From contig JBKHIT010000001.1 in NCBI GenBank assembly GCA_046538485.1, positions 32,001 through 96,000 of the forward strand: a DNA stretch of 64,000 nucleotides. The letters run 5' to 3'. A program made the position numbers and the translations under genes. Source of the DNA: Candidatus Brocadiia bacterium (GTDB taxonomy: Bacteria; Planctomycetota; Brocadiia; SM23-32). How positions within the stretch are numbered: the stretch's first letter is position 1; the number at the start of each line of letters is the position of its first letter. The notes under the pieces are model-generated. The model was not told the origin of the DNA and made no database searches. It was given only the letters and a program-made list of their open reading frames with translations. This document shows positions 20,133 through 28,758 of the stretch, piece after piece.

Positions 20133-21170
20133 TTATTCGCCTTCGCCTCCGGTTTCAGCCTGGCCGCCGATACTCGTTCTCATATCGGTATCGGCCTGGA
20201 CATTCTTCATGGCATAGTAATCCATAATGCCGAGGTTGCCTTCGCGAAGTGCCTGAGCGACAGCCTTGGGAATTTCGGCTTCGGCGAGAACAACTTTAGC
20301 GCGGTTCTCACTCACCAGAGCCTGCATCTCCTGCTCACGCGCGACAGCCATCGCGCGGCGCCTCTCCGCCAGAGCCTGAGCGACACGTTTATCGGCTTCC
20401 GCCTGATCGGCCTGAAGTTTTGCTCCGATGTTTTCGCCGACATCCACATCGGCAATATCAATGGAGACGATTTCAAAAGCCGTTTCGGCGTCGAGAGCTT
20501 TCTCCAACACTCGTTTGGAAATAAGATCAGGATTTTCCAGCACGGCTTTGTAGGTTTCTGCCGAACCAATCGTGGTCACGATACCCTCGCCGACGCGGGC
20601 AATGATCGTTTCCATCCAAGCACCACCGACCAGTTTTTCAACATTGGCGCGCACGGTAACTCGCGCTTTTGCCCGAACCTGGATCCCGTCTTTTGCGACG
20701 GCCGCGACCGTCTCGCGTCCTTTGCTCGGATCCGGACAATCGATAACCGCCGGTTTCACATACATCCCTACGGCCTGCAGGACGTCACGCCCGGCAAGGT
20801 CAATGGCGCAGGCCATATCAAATGTCATCGGGATCCCCGCTTTGCTCGAGGCAACCATGGCACGAGTGACATTGGGAACATCACCGCCTGCCAGATAATG
20901 CGCCTCCAGCAGCCGCGTCTCGATCGTGAGTCCAGCTTTCATCGCTGTGATTCGCGCGTCGACGATCGTGCTGGGACTGACCCCCATCAGACGCATGGAG
21001 ATTATCTCGAAGACTCCCACATGGGCTCCCGCCAGCAGCGCTCGGATATACAGAAACCCATAACTGAAAAAGAAAATCAACAAAAACAGCAGAAGGATGA
21101 TTCCGACGATGAGGAGAAGCACGAAGACCGGGCTCCCCTCCTCTGCCGCCAGCAATATGGACGGGTTCAT
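20133..21170 (-). CDS. floA: Flotillin-like protein FloA (YqfA/UPF0365)
   Basis: [75 protein letters not shown] and [11 protein letters not shown] at 21170 after GAAGGAG. Confidence 0.96.
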   Translation of the reverse strand: MNPSILLAAEEGSPVFVLLLIVGIILLLFLLIFFFSYGFLYIRALLAGAHVGVFEIISMRLMGVSPSTIVDARITAMKAGLTIETRLLEAHYLAGGDVPNVTRAMVASSKAGIPMTFDMACAIDLAGRDVLQAVGMYVKPAVIDCPDPSKGRETVAAVAKDGIQVRAKARVTVRANVEKLVGGAWMETIIARVGEGIVTTIGSAETYKAVLENPDLISKRVLEKALDAETAFEIVSIDIADVDVGENIGAKLQADQAEADKRVAQALAERRRAMAVAREQEMQALVSENRAKVVLAEAEIPKAVAQALREGNLGIMDYYAMKNVQADTDMRTSIGGQAETGGEGE

Positions 21171-21281
21171 TGGCACGACTCCTTCACCCAAGGCCTGAGG
21201 AATACAAAACACGTTCACATTTTAGTTCGGTCCGGCGGGTAACGCCCCAGCACTCCGCCAAAACGCCCCGCTCGACACTTT

Positions 21282-21309
21282 ATTATTCAGATTCAAACAG
21301 CCTTGTCAA
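21282..21309 (-). promoter_or_regulatory. Possible floA promoter
   Basis: Minus strand reads TTGACA-N16-AATAAT about 110 nt upstream of floA. Confidence 0.35.
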
Positions 21310-21364
21310 CTCTCATAGCAGGTCTTTACACGCTGAAACCACCTTCACCATTCGGATTTAAAGC

Positions 21365-22459
21365 TCAACTCCCGAGGTTGGGACGCAAACGCGCGATTAA
21401 AGCGAGTCTCTCTCCAGCCGAAATAATCGTATCCGGCTCCGGATTAAGCGAGATGTCCGGACATCTTTTGCCCGCCGGTTCGCCCGCCTCCCTCGCCGAC
21501 GCTCGGTCATTAACGATTCCAATAAGAATCGCATCTTCCTTCATCAGATGTTCCGCAGCATCCGCGAAATTCATCCCGATTATCTTTTTCGGCACATCCA
21601 CAATATATATCTCATTGCCTTCTTTCTGTACCCGCAAAAGCTCCTCAAAAACCGTCGAAGCATGATGCGTGAACGCGCATTGAGCGATCAAAGATGTGGA
21701 ATCAAGGAACACTATTTCGTCGGCGTGAGTGCGCTCGAGATGCCGCTGATTCGCAGGATCCTGCAGTTCGACGATGGTGTAAGTTTCAGGAGATGTACTG
21801 CTGACGGCAAGCGATGTCAAAATCGCTTCCTGATCCCCCTCCTCAGAAGCAAGAATTATCGCCGTTCGCGCCCGGCCAATATCGGCCCCTCTCAGCACCT
21901 CGCTATCGCTGAAATTGCCCCGGACACAGAAAACATTTCGGTACGCTTCCGGTGAACTGATCGGGATGGGATCAGTTTGTTTCGTGACAATCACAATCGG
22001 CACCGCTTCACCGAGGATCGGATGGTGGAGCTCACGAATAATACGATCCGTGGTTTCATTGTTTCCAAACACCACAATATGTTCTTCGAGCGTCAAACGC
22101 CGCGGTTTCTCCGGGACCTGGGTTCCGCGCAGAACGACTTTTACGAGATCTGTTGTGATACAGGCCGTAATCCCCCCGACAAGCACGATACCAAGCAGCA
22201 AAACCACAACTGATATCGCCTTCCCCGGAGCGCTTGCGGGAGCCGCCTCATCCAAACCACTTGTGAGATATACGATGATGGCCCATGCCGACCGGCCGAA
22301 AGAACGGTAGGTATCGCTTTCGGCCGCTCCGCTTTCGACGATAAAAAGCGCCAGAGCCGCTGCCATCCATGAGAGGAAAAACCCCACCAGCATGCTGATA
22401 TACTTGTGCTGGATCGCAAAGTTCACCAGCCAGGTTTTAAGCGGCAACGTCTTTTGCAT
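21365..22459 (-). CDS. 2-TM ion channel subunit (TM-pore-TM) with C-terminal RCK (TrkA-N/C) domain and atypical filter
   Basis: TM1, pore helix SFGRSAWAIIVYL, filter position TSGLDE, P...GK, TM2, then EHIVVFG, GNFSD.EVL..ADI..A..AIIL, TIVEL, ADEIV and NP..D..I..G..L. Confidence 0.85.
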   Translation of the reverse strand: MQKTLPLKTWLVNFAIQHKYISMLVGFFLSWMAAALALFIVESGAAESDTYRSFGRSAWAIIVYLTSGLDEAAPASAPGKAISVVVLLLGIVLVGGITACITTDLVKVVLRGTQVPEKPRRLTLEEHIVVFGNNETTDRIIRELHHPILGEAVPIVIVTKQTDPIPISSPEAYRNVFCVRGNFSDSEVLRGADIGRARTAIILASEEGDQEAILTSLAVSSTSPETYTIVELQDPANQRHLERTHADEIVFLDSTSLIAQCAFTHHASTVFEELLRVQKEGNEIYIVDVPKKIIGMNFADAAEHLMKEDAILIGIVNDRASAREAGEPAGKRCPDISLNPEPDTIISAGERLALIARLRPNLGS

Positions 22460-22492
22460 GCTTGGACGTACCTTAAAACCAAAAAAGTCCCG

Positions 22493-23200
22493 TTAAAACG
22501 GTTTCTTAACTGCTATAACCCAAAGCTCGTCATCCGGCTGCAACACAGTATCAGCACCGGGGTTAATCAAATTCTTCCCGTCTCGACGCAACCCGATCGG
22601 GATGACATGTTCGTTGATCAAAGTGCGGAAACAGCCTCCGAAACTATCCCACTTCTTCCTCGCCGGGACGCGATAGATCTCGTTCCCTTCGGTCTGGAAA
22701 TCAAAAAGCTCTCGATAGATATCGCTGATGTGATTGCTGATGGCCGATTGGGCCATCAACAGTTGTGACAACTCTGCCCGGCAAACTGTTGCGTTTACGG
22801 CCGTACGATCAAAATGCGGTATGTTATTGGTGCTTGTCACCTCGACAATCGTGAAAATCTCAGGACAGATATCCTCGATCGCCAGAGCGACGAGCAACGA
22901 TAAAGCGTCAGCATTGCCCGTATCCTGAAGATCGGAGAGCACAATGGCCGTCCCGGCCGACTCAATGCCAGCGTCTTTGAGCACATCGGCGGACGTTGGA
23001 TCGCCCTCAATGATCGTCACATCTTCCAAATGAGCTGGCAAATCATCGGCGTCGTCAGCAAGAATGATAACAGGAGGCTTAACGGAAAGAACCGGCGAAC
23101 GCAGTTTCCGCGCAAGATCGACCGCCCTCGGCCCTCCGCAAACAAAGATTGACTCATCAGCTGCTGGCTTATGCCCGGCATCCTCTGAAACCACGTCCAC
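22493..23200 (-). CDS. Stand-alone soluble RCK (TrkA-N + TrkA-C) protein
   Basis: IEGDPTSADVLKDAGIESA.TAIVLSD, DA.SLL.ALAIE, TIVEV, LMAQSA, EGNEIYRV and INPG.DTVL..DDEL; no TM; GTG start at about 23200 or 23194 after GAGGGA. Confidence 0.85.
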   Translation of the reverse strand: MDVVSEDAGHKPAADESIFVCGGPRAVDLARKLRSPVLSVKPPVIILADDADDLPAHLEDVTIIEGDPTSADVLKDAGIESAGTAIVLSDLQDTGNADALSLLVALAIEDICPEIFTIVEVTSTNNIPHFDRTAVNATVCRAELSQLLMAQSAISNHISDIYRELFDFQTEGNEIYRVPARKKWDSFGGCFRTLINEHVIPIGLRRDGKNLINPGADTVLQPDDELWVIAVKKPF

Positions 23201-23243
23201 TCCCTCTTCGGAGAAAACTTGTTTACCATGTGCAGCCAGACAG

Positions 23244-23272
23244 AGCTTAATGAGTCGAGGCTTGTTTGGCAA
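23244..23272 (-). promoter_or_regulatory. sigma70-type promoter of the RCK-channel pair
   Basis: Minus strand reads TTGCCA-N17-TAAGCT, which implies the TTG at 23272 is not the start codon. Confidence 0.5.
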
Positions 23273-23423
23273 GGAATTGCGACAAACTAAACTTCCATCT
23301 CAAAAATATCCACCCGCAAAAAAGCCGTTGCGCTTTGCCGAAAAGATCGGTTTACTCTCTCTGCAACGTCATGAAAAAGGGCTCTGAGGGCAAACCCACA
23401 AACTGGCCGGGTTTTAGTCCCGT

Positions 23424-24869
23424 CTACTTTTGAAATTGCAAAGCATACAAATCGGCATCGCTCAGCACGATCCGCAGACGGAGTGGGCTGCCCGTCAGGT
23501 GGTCTATTGATGAGTTTCCGTTCCAGGTAACCGAACGGTTGATCTCATCGCCGATGACCTCGTCGCAATCCTCGAGGGTATAATTCTCAATCGGATCTCC
23601 CGCCTTATCCTGCAATTCCACACGGATACTTCCCGCTGCGGATGTGGAGAAGTTGAGCGTAAGCCGGTCTCCCATAGCTTCCAGAGGCCGTGTCAGGATC
23701 TCTCCGCCGCTCAAAGAAGCATTGACGGATACGAAGCCGTCCATCCTCAAGGTATATCGTCGAAACCATGTGCTCTCTCCCCGCCAATAACCTTCCGGAG
23801 CATAGAATGATAGTTCAGACGGCGCTCCGGGGAAACTGGAACCGGTTTCGAGCATTCCCTTGCACTGGTAATTATCGCCATAAGCCCAGTTTCCCTCCAG
23901 CTGAGGTCCCGGTCGGATGAAAGCCTCACCCCATCGGCGAAACGTAACCCCGTCCCGGCTGCTCATAAAAAGCCCGTCGGTAAGGGCCGTCCCGAACCGT
24001 TCGTTGACACCTGAGCGGTGCCGTCGATGTTCCGGTTCGGGCAACGCTTCGATAGCACGCGACCACGGCCGCTCAACGTAGCGGGTTGGGAAACCCAAAA
24101 GAATATGCGGTGCCCGCGGATAAGGCTGAACCTGGCTCGTGTAGAGTTGTTCCGCGGGCGCATCGGGATACTGCAACCATTCGGGATCTGACCAATTCAC
24201 AAAATCCTCGGAAGTAGCCGTTTTAATGTCGCGCCTTCCGTCATCCCAATCGCGGAAATAAGCTCTGTATATTCCCCCCACAGAGTCCCAGAAAGCAAGG
24301 TTCGGGGAATCGAATGCAGCATCTGTAACACCTTCGGTTATGATGGGATCCTCCTGAAGCAAATCCCAGTGGATCCCGTCCGGCGAACCGAAGGCAAACA
24401 GCTGACGGCGGTTCGGCGTCACGTTGCGCCGTCCAAAAGCTTTATAGCGGGTAGCCGCATCCGCCCCCGGGTTGTCATCTTTGAATGGGATGAGCGTTTC
24501 CTTGTATCCGGATTGCCACACAATGTTGTTCTTCTTGTTACCATCGAATTCCACAACTCCCAACTCGGGTTTTTCCCAGCGGATACCGTCGGCGCTTTCC
24601 GCGTAACATGTGGTCAGGTTGTTCTCGTGCTCCCTTTCGCCATCGTGAATATGGATTTTCCATCCTTTGTAATACATGCGGAAAAGGCCTTCGTCCTCGA
24701 AGACCGTGATGAAACCGCACATATTGCCTTCCCAGGGGAGATCCGTCTCCAGAACTATCTCCCGCCGGACGGGGTTATGCAGTTTCAAGGCAGCCTTTCC
24801 ATCGAGCGAATCGATCAAATAGCGATCGACCATGAGTTGCCGCCGGTTTCCTATTTTCTCAGTGCGCAT
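23424..24869 (-). CDS. Beta-propeller glycoside hydrolase-like protein (GH32/43-clan-like, Asp-box repeats)
   Basis: Asp-box-like repeats YAES.DGI.W.KP, GSPDGIHW, ATSEDFVNWS and SSRDGVTF; C-terminal LR.DGFVS...G...T.P module. Confidence 0.7.
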   Translation of the reverse strand: MRTEKIGNRRQLMVDRYLIDSLDGKAALKLHNPVRREIVLETDLPWEGNMCGFITVFEDEGLFRMYYKGWKIHIHDGEREHENNLTTCYAESADGIRWEKPELGVVEFDGNKKNNIVWQSGYKETLIPFKDDNPGADAATRYKAFGRRNVTPNRRQLFAFGSPDGIHWDLLQEDPIITEGVTDAAFDSPNLAFWDSVGGIYRAYFRDWDDGRRDIKTATSEDFVNWSDPEWLQYPDAPAEQLYTSQVQPYPRAPHILLGFPTRYVERPWSRAIEALPEPEHRRHRSGVNERFGTALTDGLFMSSRDGVTFRRWGEAFIRPGPQLEGNWAYGDNYQCKGMLETGSSFPGAPSELSFYAPEGYWRGESTWFRRYTLRMDGFVSVNASLSGGEILTRPLEAMGDRLTLNFSTSAAGSIRVELQDKAGDPIENYTLEDCDEVIGDEINRSVTWNGNSSIDHLTGSPLRLRIVLSDADLYALQFQK

Positions 24870-24941
24870 GGTATTGGTTCCCTATGAAAGCACAGGAAAA
24901 TGCTTGAAAAACGGGGGCAAAAAAGGGGATGAACTTTGTTT

Positions 24942-25409
24942 TTACTGGCGCGTATTGTCCGCCACAACGAGCCGGCTGCCCCGAACATCAATTACCTTGA
25001 TAGGCGTTCCTTTGTCCAGCATTTCCCCCCGCGTCACCACGGCGTACCGTTCCCCCTCGATGATAGCGGTTCCACTCGGTCGCAGCGGGCTGACGGTTTG
25101 TCCCTCCTTGCCTTTCAGTTGGTCGTAGTCCTTCATCGTCGACCGGAAATCTTTTTCACTGTCTTCAACGGCAAAGAGTCTCCCCACGAGTTTTGCCCAC
25201 AGAACGAAAAATACGGGTATCAGAATAACTGTAACAACAATCAGGACACTGGCGGTTGTAACATGGCCGGTCACGTAGGCAACGATAATACTGGCACAGA
25301 CGCATAGGAACCCAATAATCCCCATTATTGCTCCCGGAACAAACAACTCGATGACCATTGCTACTATTCCGGCAGCATAAATGAGTAGTATCCAGTCAAG
25401 TTCGCCCAT
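24942..25409 (-). CDS. nfeD: Short NfeD-family protein (TM + OB-fold)
   Basis: ELFVPG..GI.G TM segment and GKEG.T.SPLRPSG.A.I.G.R..VVT.GE...G..IKV..V.G.R.VV. Confidence 0.9.
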   Translation of the reverse strand: MGELDWILLIYAAGIVAMVIELFVPGAIMGIIGFLCVCASIIVAYVTGHVTTASVLIVVTVILIPVFFVLWAKLVGRLFAVEDSEKDFRSTMKDYDQLKGKEGQTVSPLRPSGTAIIEGERYAVVTRGEMLDKGTPIKVIDVRGSRLVVADNTRQ

Positions 25410-25436
25410 GTTTCTCTCTCTCGTGCAAATTCAGTT

Positions 25437-26936
25437 TTATTTTTCACCGGTGCGGGTGGTCGTTACCACGATACGGCGTCCCCGCACGGCAATGACTTTA
25501 ACGGGTGTGCCTTTTTCGATCATCTCTCCCTGCGCCACCACATCGAGTTGTTCAGCGCCGATTTCCGCTTTTCCCGCCGGCCGCAGTGGGGTAATCGCCA
25601 CTCCTTCGCGGCCAATCATCTCGCTCTGCTCAGCCTGTTGTTCGGCCAGGGTCGGCGACCCTGTGATACTGGCCGAAGCCATGGTTTCGGTGCGAATAAG
25701 CCGGTTCAAAAAAGGCAAGGATCCCATATAGCGAATCAAAAGCATCATTATCAGCCCCGTCCCCACAAACGTGCCGATAACCTCGAGGATGTTGAATTCA
25801 AAAGCGTGAAATTCGCTTATTGTATCGGGCAAATCGAATTGCTGCAACATAAGGACAAGACTGACAAAAATGCAGAGAATTCCGAGTATCCCGGCCGCCC
25901 CAAAACCCGGGATCACAAAGATTTCAAGGGCAATGAGCAGAAACCCCACGAAAAACAGTACGATTTCAAAAGGCGCAGCATAATTCAAAGAATATTTGAC
26001 TAAGAAAAATACCGATATACATACCAACCCTGCAATGCCAGGGAGTCCAAATCCGGGGTTTTTCATCTCGATGAACAGCAAAACAAGTCCTGCCATCATC
26101 AGTAAAGGCCCGAAACTATCAAGCATAATCAGGAGCCGTTCGGACGAACTGATGTAGAGACGACGGACCTGATTGGGTTTCACGTCGAGTTCATCGTAGA
26201 GAGCAAGTCGGCTCGAGACCGTTTTCCGGGCAAAACCGAATTCTACCGCTCGTTTCGCCGACATCGTCAGTAATTCACCGCCACGGACAACAACTTCTTT
26301 CTGATCGATTTTCCGACGTTGCTGTTCGGGCATTCCCTCCAGTTTGTCTTCTGTCAAATAACGATAATAATCTTCCGGTTCGTCCGTGAAATGGACTTTA
26401 TAAACAACAAGTTGTTTGCTCACCATAGCTTCCACAAGCGGCCTGGGATAACCATGAGCCTCCGCATACTGGGTCAGGGATTCCCGAACGTATGTTTGCT
26501 GTTTTTCCCCCAATTCCTCTCCCGATGGCAGCACGGGCGCCACATCGCCCATCATACCGACTCCCTCGACGATATAGATCTCATCGCATGCCAGAGCCAC
26601 CATCGTCCCGCCGCTGATCGCTTCTTCATTAATAAAAGCAACCACGCGCACATCAACATCTTTGTGAATGTAATTGCCCAGGTCCTTGGCCGCGGTCACA
26701 AGGCCGCCCGGTGTGTCAAGCTCCAGGATGATTAAGTCAGCGCCTTCAGAGACGGCCTGTCCGATTTTCCGCCTGACGGTCGTGGCATTCGCTTCATTGA
26801 TCATGCCCTTCAGCCGGATCAGGCAAACATCGCGTTTCTCTCCCGCCACCGTTTCCCGCAGCAAGAGACCATTTCCCGAACAAATAACCCACATGGCTAT
26901 CAAGAAAAACATACAGATGGGTCGTTTTGTCCACAT
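25437..26936 (-). CDS. nfeD: Long NfeD (ClpP-like protease domain, TM bundle, OB-fold); YqeZ-like
   Basis: Signal peptide; ILELDTPGG, AISGG (Ser), ALACD.IY, EK (Lys), LLTMSA..A...GFA, E...PGFG..G and GREG.A.TPLRPAG; ATG at 26936 after AAAGGA. Confidence 0.92.
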   Translation of the reverse strand: MWTKRPICMFFLIAMWVICSGNGLLLRETVAGEKRDVCLIRLKGMINEANATTVRRKIGQAVSEGADLIILELDTPGGLVTAAKDLGNYIHKDVDVRVVAFINEEAISGGTMVALACDEIYIVEGVGMMGDVAPVLPSGEELGEKQQTYVRESLTQYAEAHGYPRPLVEAMVSKQLVVYKVHFTDEPEDYYRYLTEDKLEGMPEQQRRKIDQKEVVVRGGELLTMSAKRAVEFGFARKTVSSRLALYDELDVKPNQVRRLYISSSERLLIMLDSFGPLLMMAGLVLLFIEMKNPGFGLPGIAGLVCISVFFLVKYSLNYAAPFEIVLFFVGFLLIALEIFVIPGFGAAGILGILCIFVSLVLMLQQFDLPDTISEFHAFEFNILEVIGTFVGTGLIMMLLIRYMGSLPFLNRLIRTETMASASITGSPTLAEQQAEQSEMIGREGVAITPLRPAGKAEIGAEQLDVVAQGEMIEKGTPVKVIAVRGRRIVVTTTRTGEK

Positions 26937-26994
26937 GCAAAATCCTTTCGATCTACGCCTATAAAAACCTTTTTCGCCCTGCAGGGCGCTCATA

Positions 26995-27028
26995 ATTATA
27001 CCGTAAAAGTGTCAGATCGCACCTGACA
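26995..27028 (-). promoter_or_regulatory. nfeD promoter region: -10 TATAAT plus palindrome TGTCAG-N7-CTGACA (candidate operator)
   Basis: TATAAT on the minus strand at about 26995-27000; perfect 6-bp inverted repeat at 27010-27028 overlapping the -35 position. Confidence 0.45.
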
Positions 27029-27057
27029 AAGCCCACCACAGTGCAAAAGCAGGCTCA

Positions 27058-27789
27058 TCAAGTAATCGCGCCAACATCTTTTTCGGCTGAAGATTTTCGC
27101 CTGCCGACCGCTGCGAGACCGAGAGTCAGCACTGTGAGAGCAAGGCCGATCCAGAGAAGGATTATCACGTATAAGTCCCACGTCCCGACAAACTCCTCGA
27201 TGCGCGCAAGCTTATCCTGCAGAGTCTTGCTCTCCCCAAAAGGAAGAAAACCGTAAAGCCAGACGCCGCCAGCCAGCACAAATGCAACGACAAGAAACCC
27301 GGCAGCAGCTCTCCTCAAAAGTCGGAGCACGCGCTTTTTGGAAACCGTGGGAGACGTCAATCCCCAGCCCACCGCAGCGAGAACGGCTCCTGCAACCACA
27401 GAGACGACCAGCCACAGAAGCAAAGGTGAAGTAGCCCCCAACGCTTTGTCGAAACTGAATTGCATATATACGTGCTTTTCCTCGGTTATCTCAAAATACG
27501 GGATTATAAAACCGAGGTTAATAAGACTCAGCATCCGAACCACACCTCCCACGATTGCACCGACCAGTATGCCCCACATCCCGTAAGCGTAACCGCACAT
27601 AAGGCCCGGAAATACATACAAAGCGACAACGCGCGGGACAACCGTCCCAACCGTCCCTGTCGAACGGTCAGCCATAGCGAAAAACCCATGACCCAGTGCG
27701 GCCACAATCGTGATAAAAAACACGGCTATGACGACTGTGAACAGGTCCTGCTGTTCCTCGAGTTTTTCCACGTCATGATCTTCAGCCAT
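27058..27789 (-). CDS. Hypothetical multi-pass membrane protein
   Basis: About 6 hydrophobic segments; GGAGG RBS; no family recognised. Confidence 0.75.
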   Translation of the reverse strand: MAEDHDVEKLEEQQDLFTVVIAVFFITIVAALGHGFFAMADRSTGTVGTVVPRVVALYVFPGLMCGYAYGMWGILVGAIVGGVVRMLSLINLGFIIPYFEITEEKHVYMQFSFDKALGATSPLLLWLVVSVVAGAVLAAVGWGLTSPTVSKKRVLRLLRRAAAGFLVVAFVLAGGVWLYGFLPFGESKTLQDKLARIEEFVGTWDLYVIILLWIGLALTVLTLGLAAVGRRKSSAEKDVGAIT

Positions 27790-27855
27790 CGATTCTCCAC
27801 CTCCTTACCCATCACCGGCAATAGCGCAATTCACGCTCCGGTGGTAGTAATCTTT

Positions 27856-28746
27856 TTAGAGTTTTTCAAACTCTACGACTATGCTTTCGGGCACTGCAGG
27901 CATAGCGCCTCGCCGCCCGGCCACAAACGAGCCCAGAAGGTTGGCCGCGTGTGCTATGCTACTGAGAGAACATCCGTCAAGATATTTTACCATCAATCCC
28001 GCCGAGAAAGCATCCCCTGACCCAACGGTATCCACAACCTCCACCGGGGGCACAGCGGCGTCAACCCTATCCTGGTCCGCGTAAAGCGTGCATCCTTCAG
28101 GACCTCGCGTTACGCAGACCAAATTAACATCATAGGCAATCATAACCCGGTCACAGACCTTCTGCTCACCCCCGTTAATCGCCAGCAGTTCGCCCAAACG
28201 CACAATTTCCTCGTGATTTAGTTTCAGAGCCGTGCAGAGTTCAAGCGACCTTTCCACAATTTCCCGATTATAAAAGTCCTGTCGGAAATTAACATCGAAG
28301 AGCAATTCTCCACCACCCTCTGACGCTGCCAGCAAAACTTCCCGGATTGTCTGTCGGCTCTTGGCGGAGCGCTGGGCCAGTGTGCCAAAACAGATGGCGT
28401 TGGATTTCCGGGCCAGCCGGGTCCAGCGTTCGTCGGATTCAAGATAATCCCAGGCAACATCCTCAACAATCGCAAAATCGGGGACCCCCGCTTTATCGAC
28501 CTCAATAAGAACCCGGCCTGTAGGGTGACTCGCATCACGCTGTAGAAACTCCGTGGGCAAACGGGCCTCCTCAAGCGTCGAAAAAACGTCCTCGCCAAGC
28601 TGATCGCACCCCACTCGACTCAGCGGAATACCCGTATGGCCCATCTGCTTGACCTGATAGGCAAAGTTCGCGGGAGCCCCTCCGAGGACACGCTCATCCT
28701 CGAAACAATCCCAGAGTATCTCGCCTAAACCAAGGATGGTATACAT
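27856..28746 (-). CDS. PfkB-family carbohydrate kinase (fructokinase-like)
   Basis: GLGEILWD, GGAPANFA, FDVNFR, KLNHEE, VTRG..G and DTVGSGDAFSAG. Confidence 0.93.
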   Translation of the reverse strand: MYTILGLGEILWDCFEDERVLGGAPANFAYQVKQMGHTGIPLSRVGCDQLGEDVFSTLEEARLPTEFLQRDASHPTGRVLIEVDKAGVPDFAIVEDVAWDYLESDERWTRLARKSNAICFGTLAQRSAKSRQTIREVLLAASEGGGELLFDVNFRQDFYNREIVERSLELCTALKLNHEEIVRLGELLAINGGEQKVCDRVMIAYDVNLVCVTRGPEGCTLYADQDRVDAAVPPVEVVDTVGSGDAFSAGLMVKYLDGCSLSSIAHAANLLGSFVAGRRGAMPAVPESIVVEFEKL

Positions 28747-28758
28747 CGGCGCCTCTGG

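Noticed and set aside
18844..21242. 457-aa and 480-aa plus-strand ORFs
   Set aside because: Shadows of the HEAT and floA genes.
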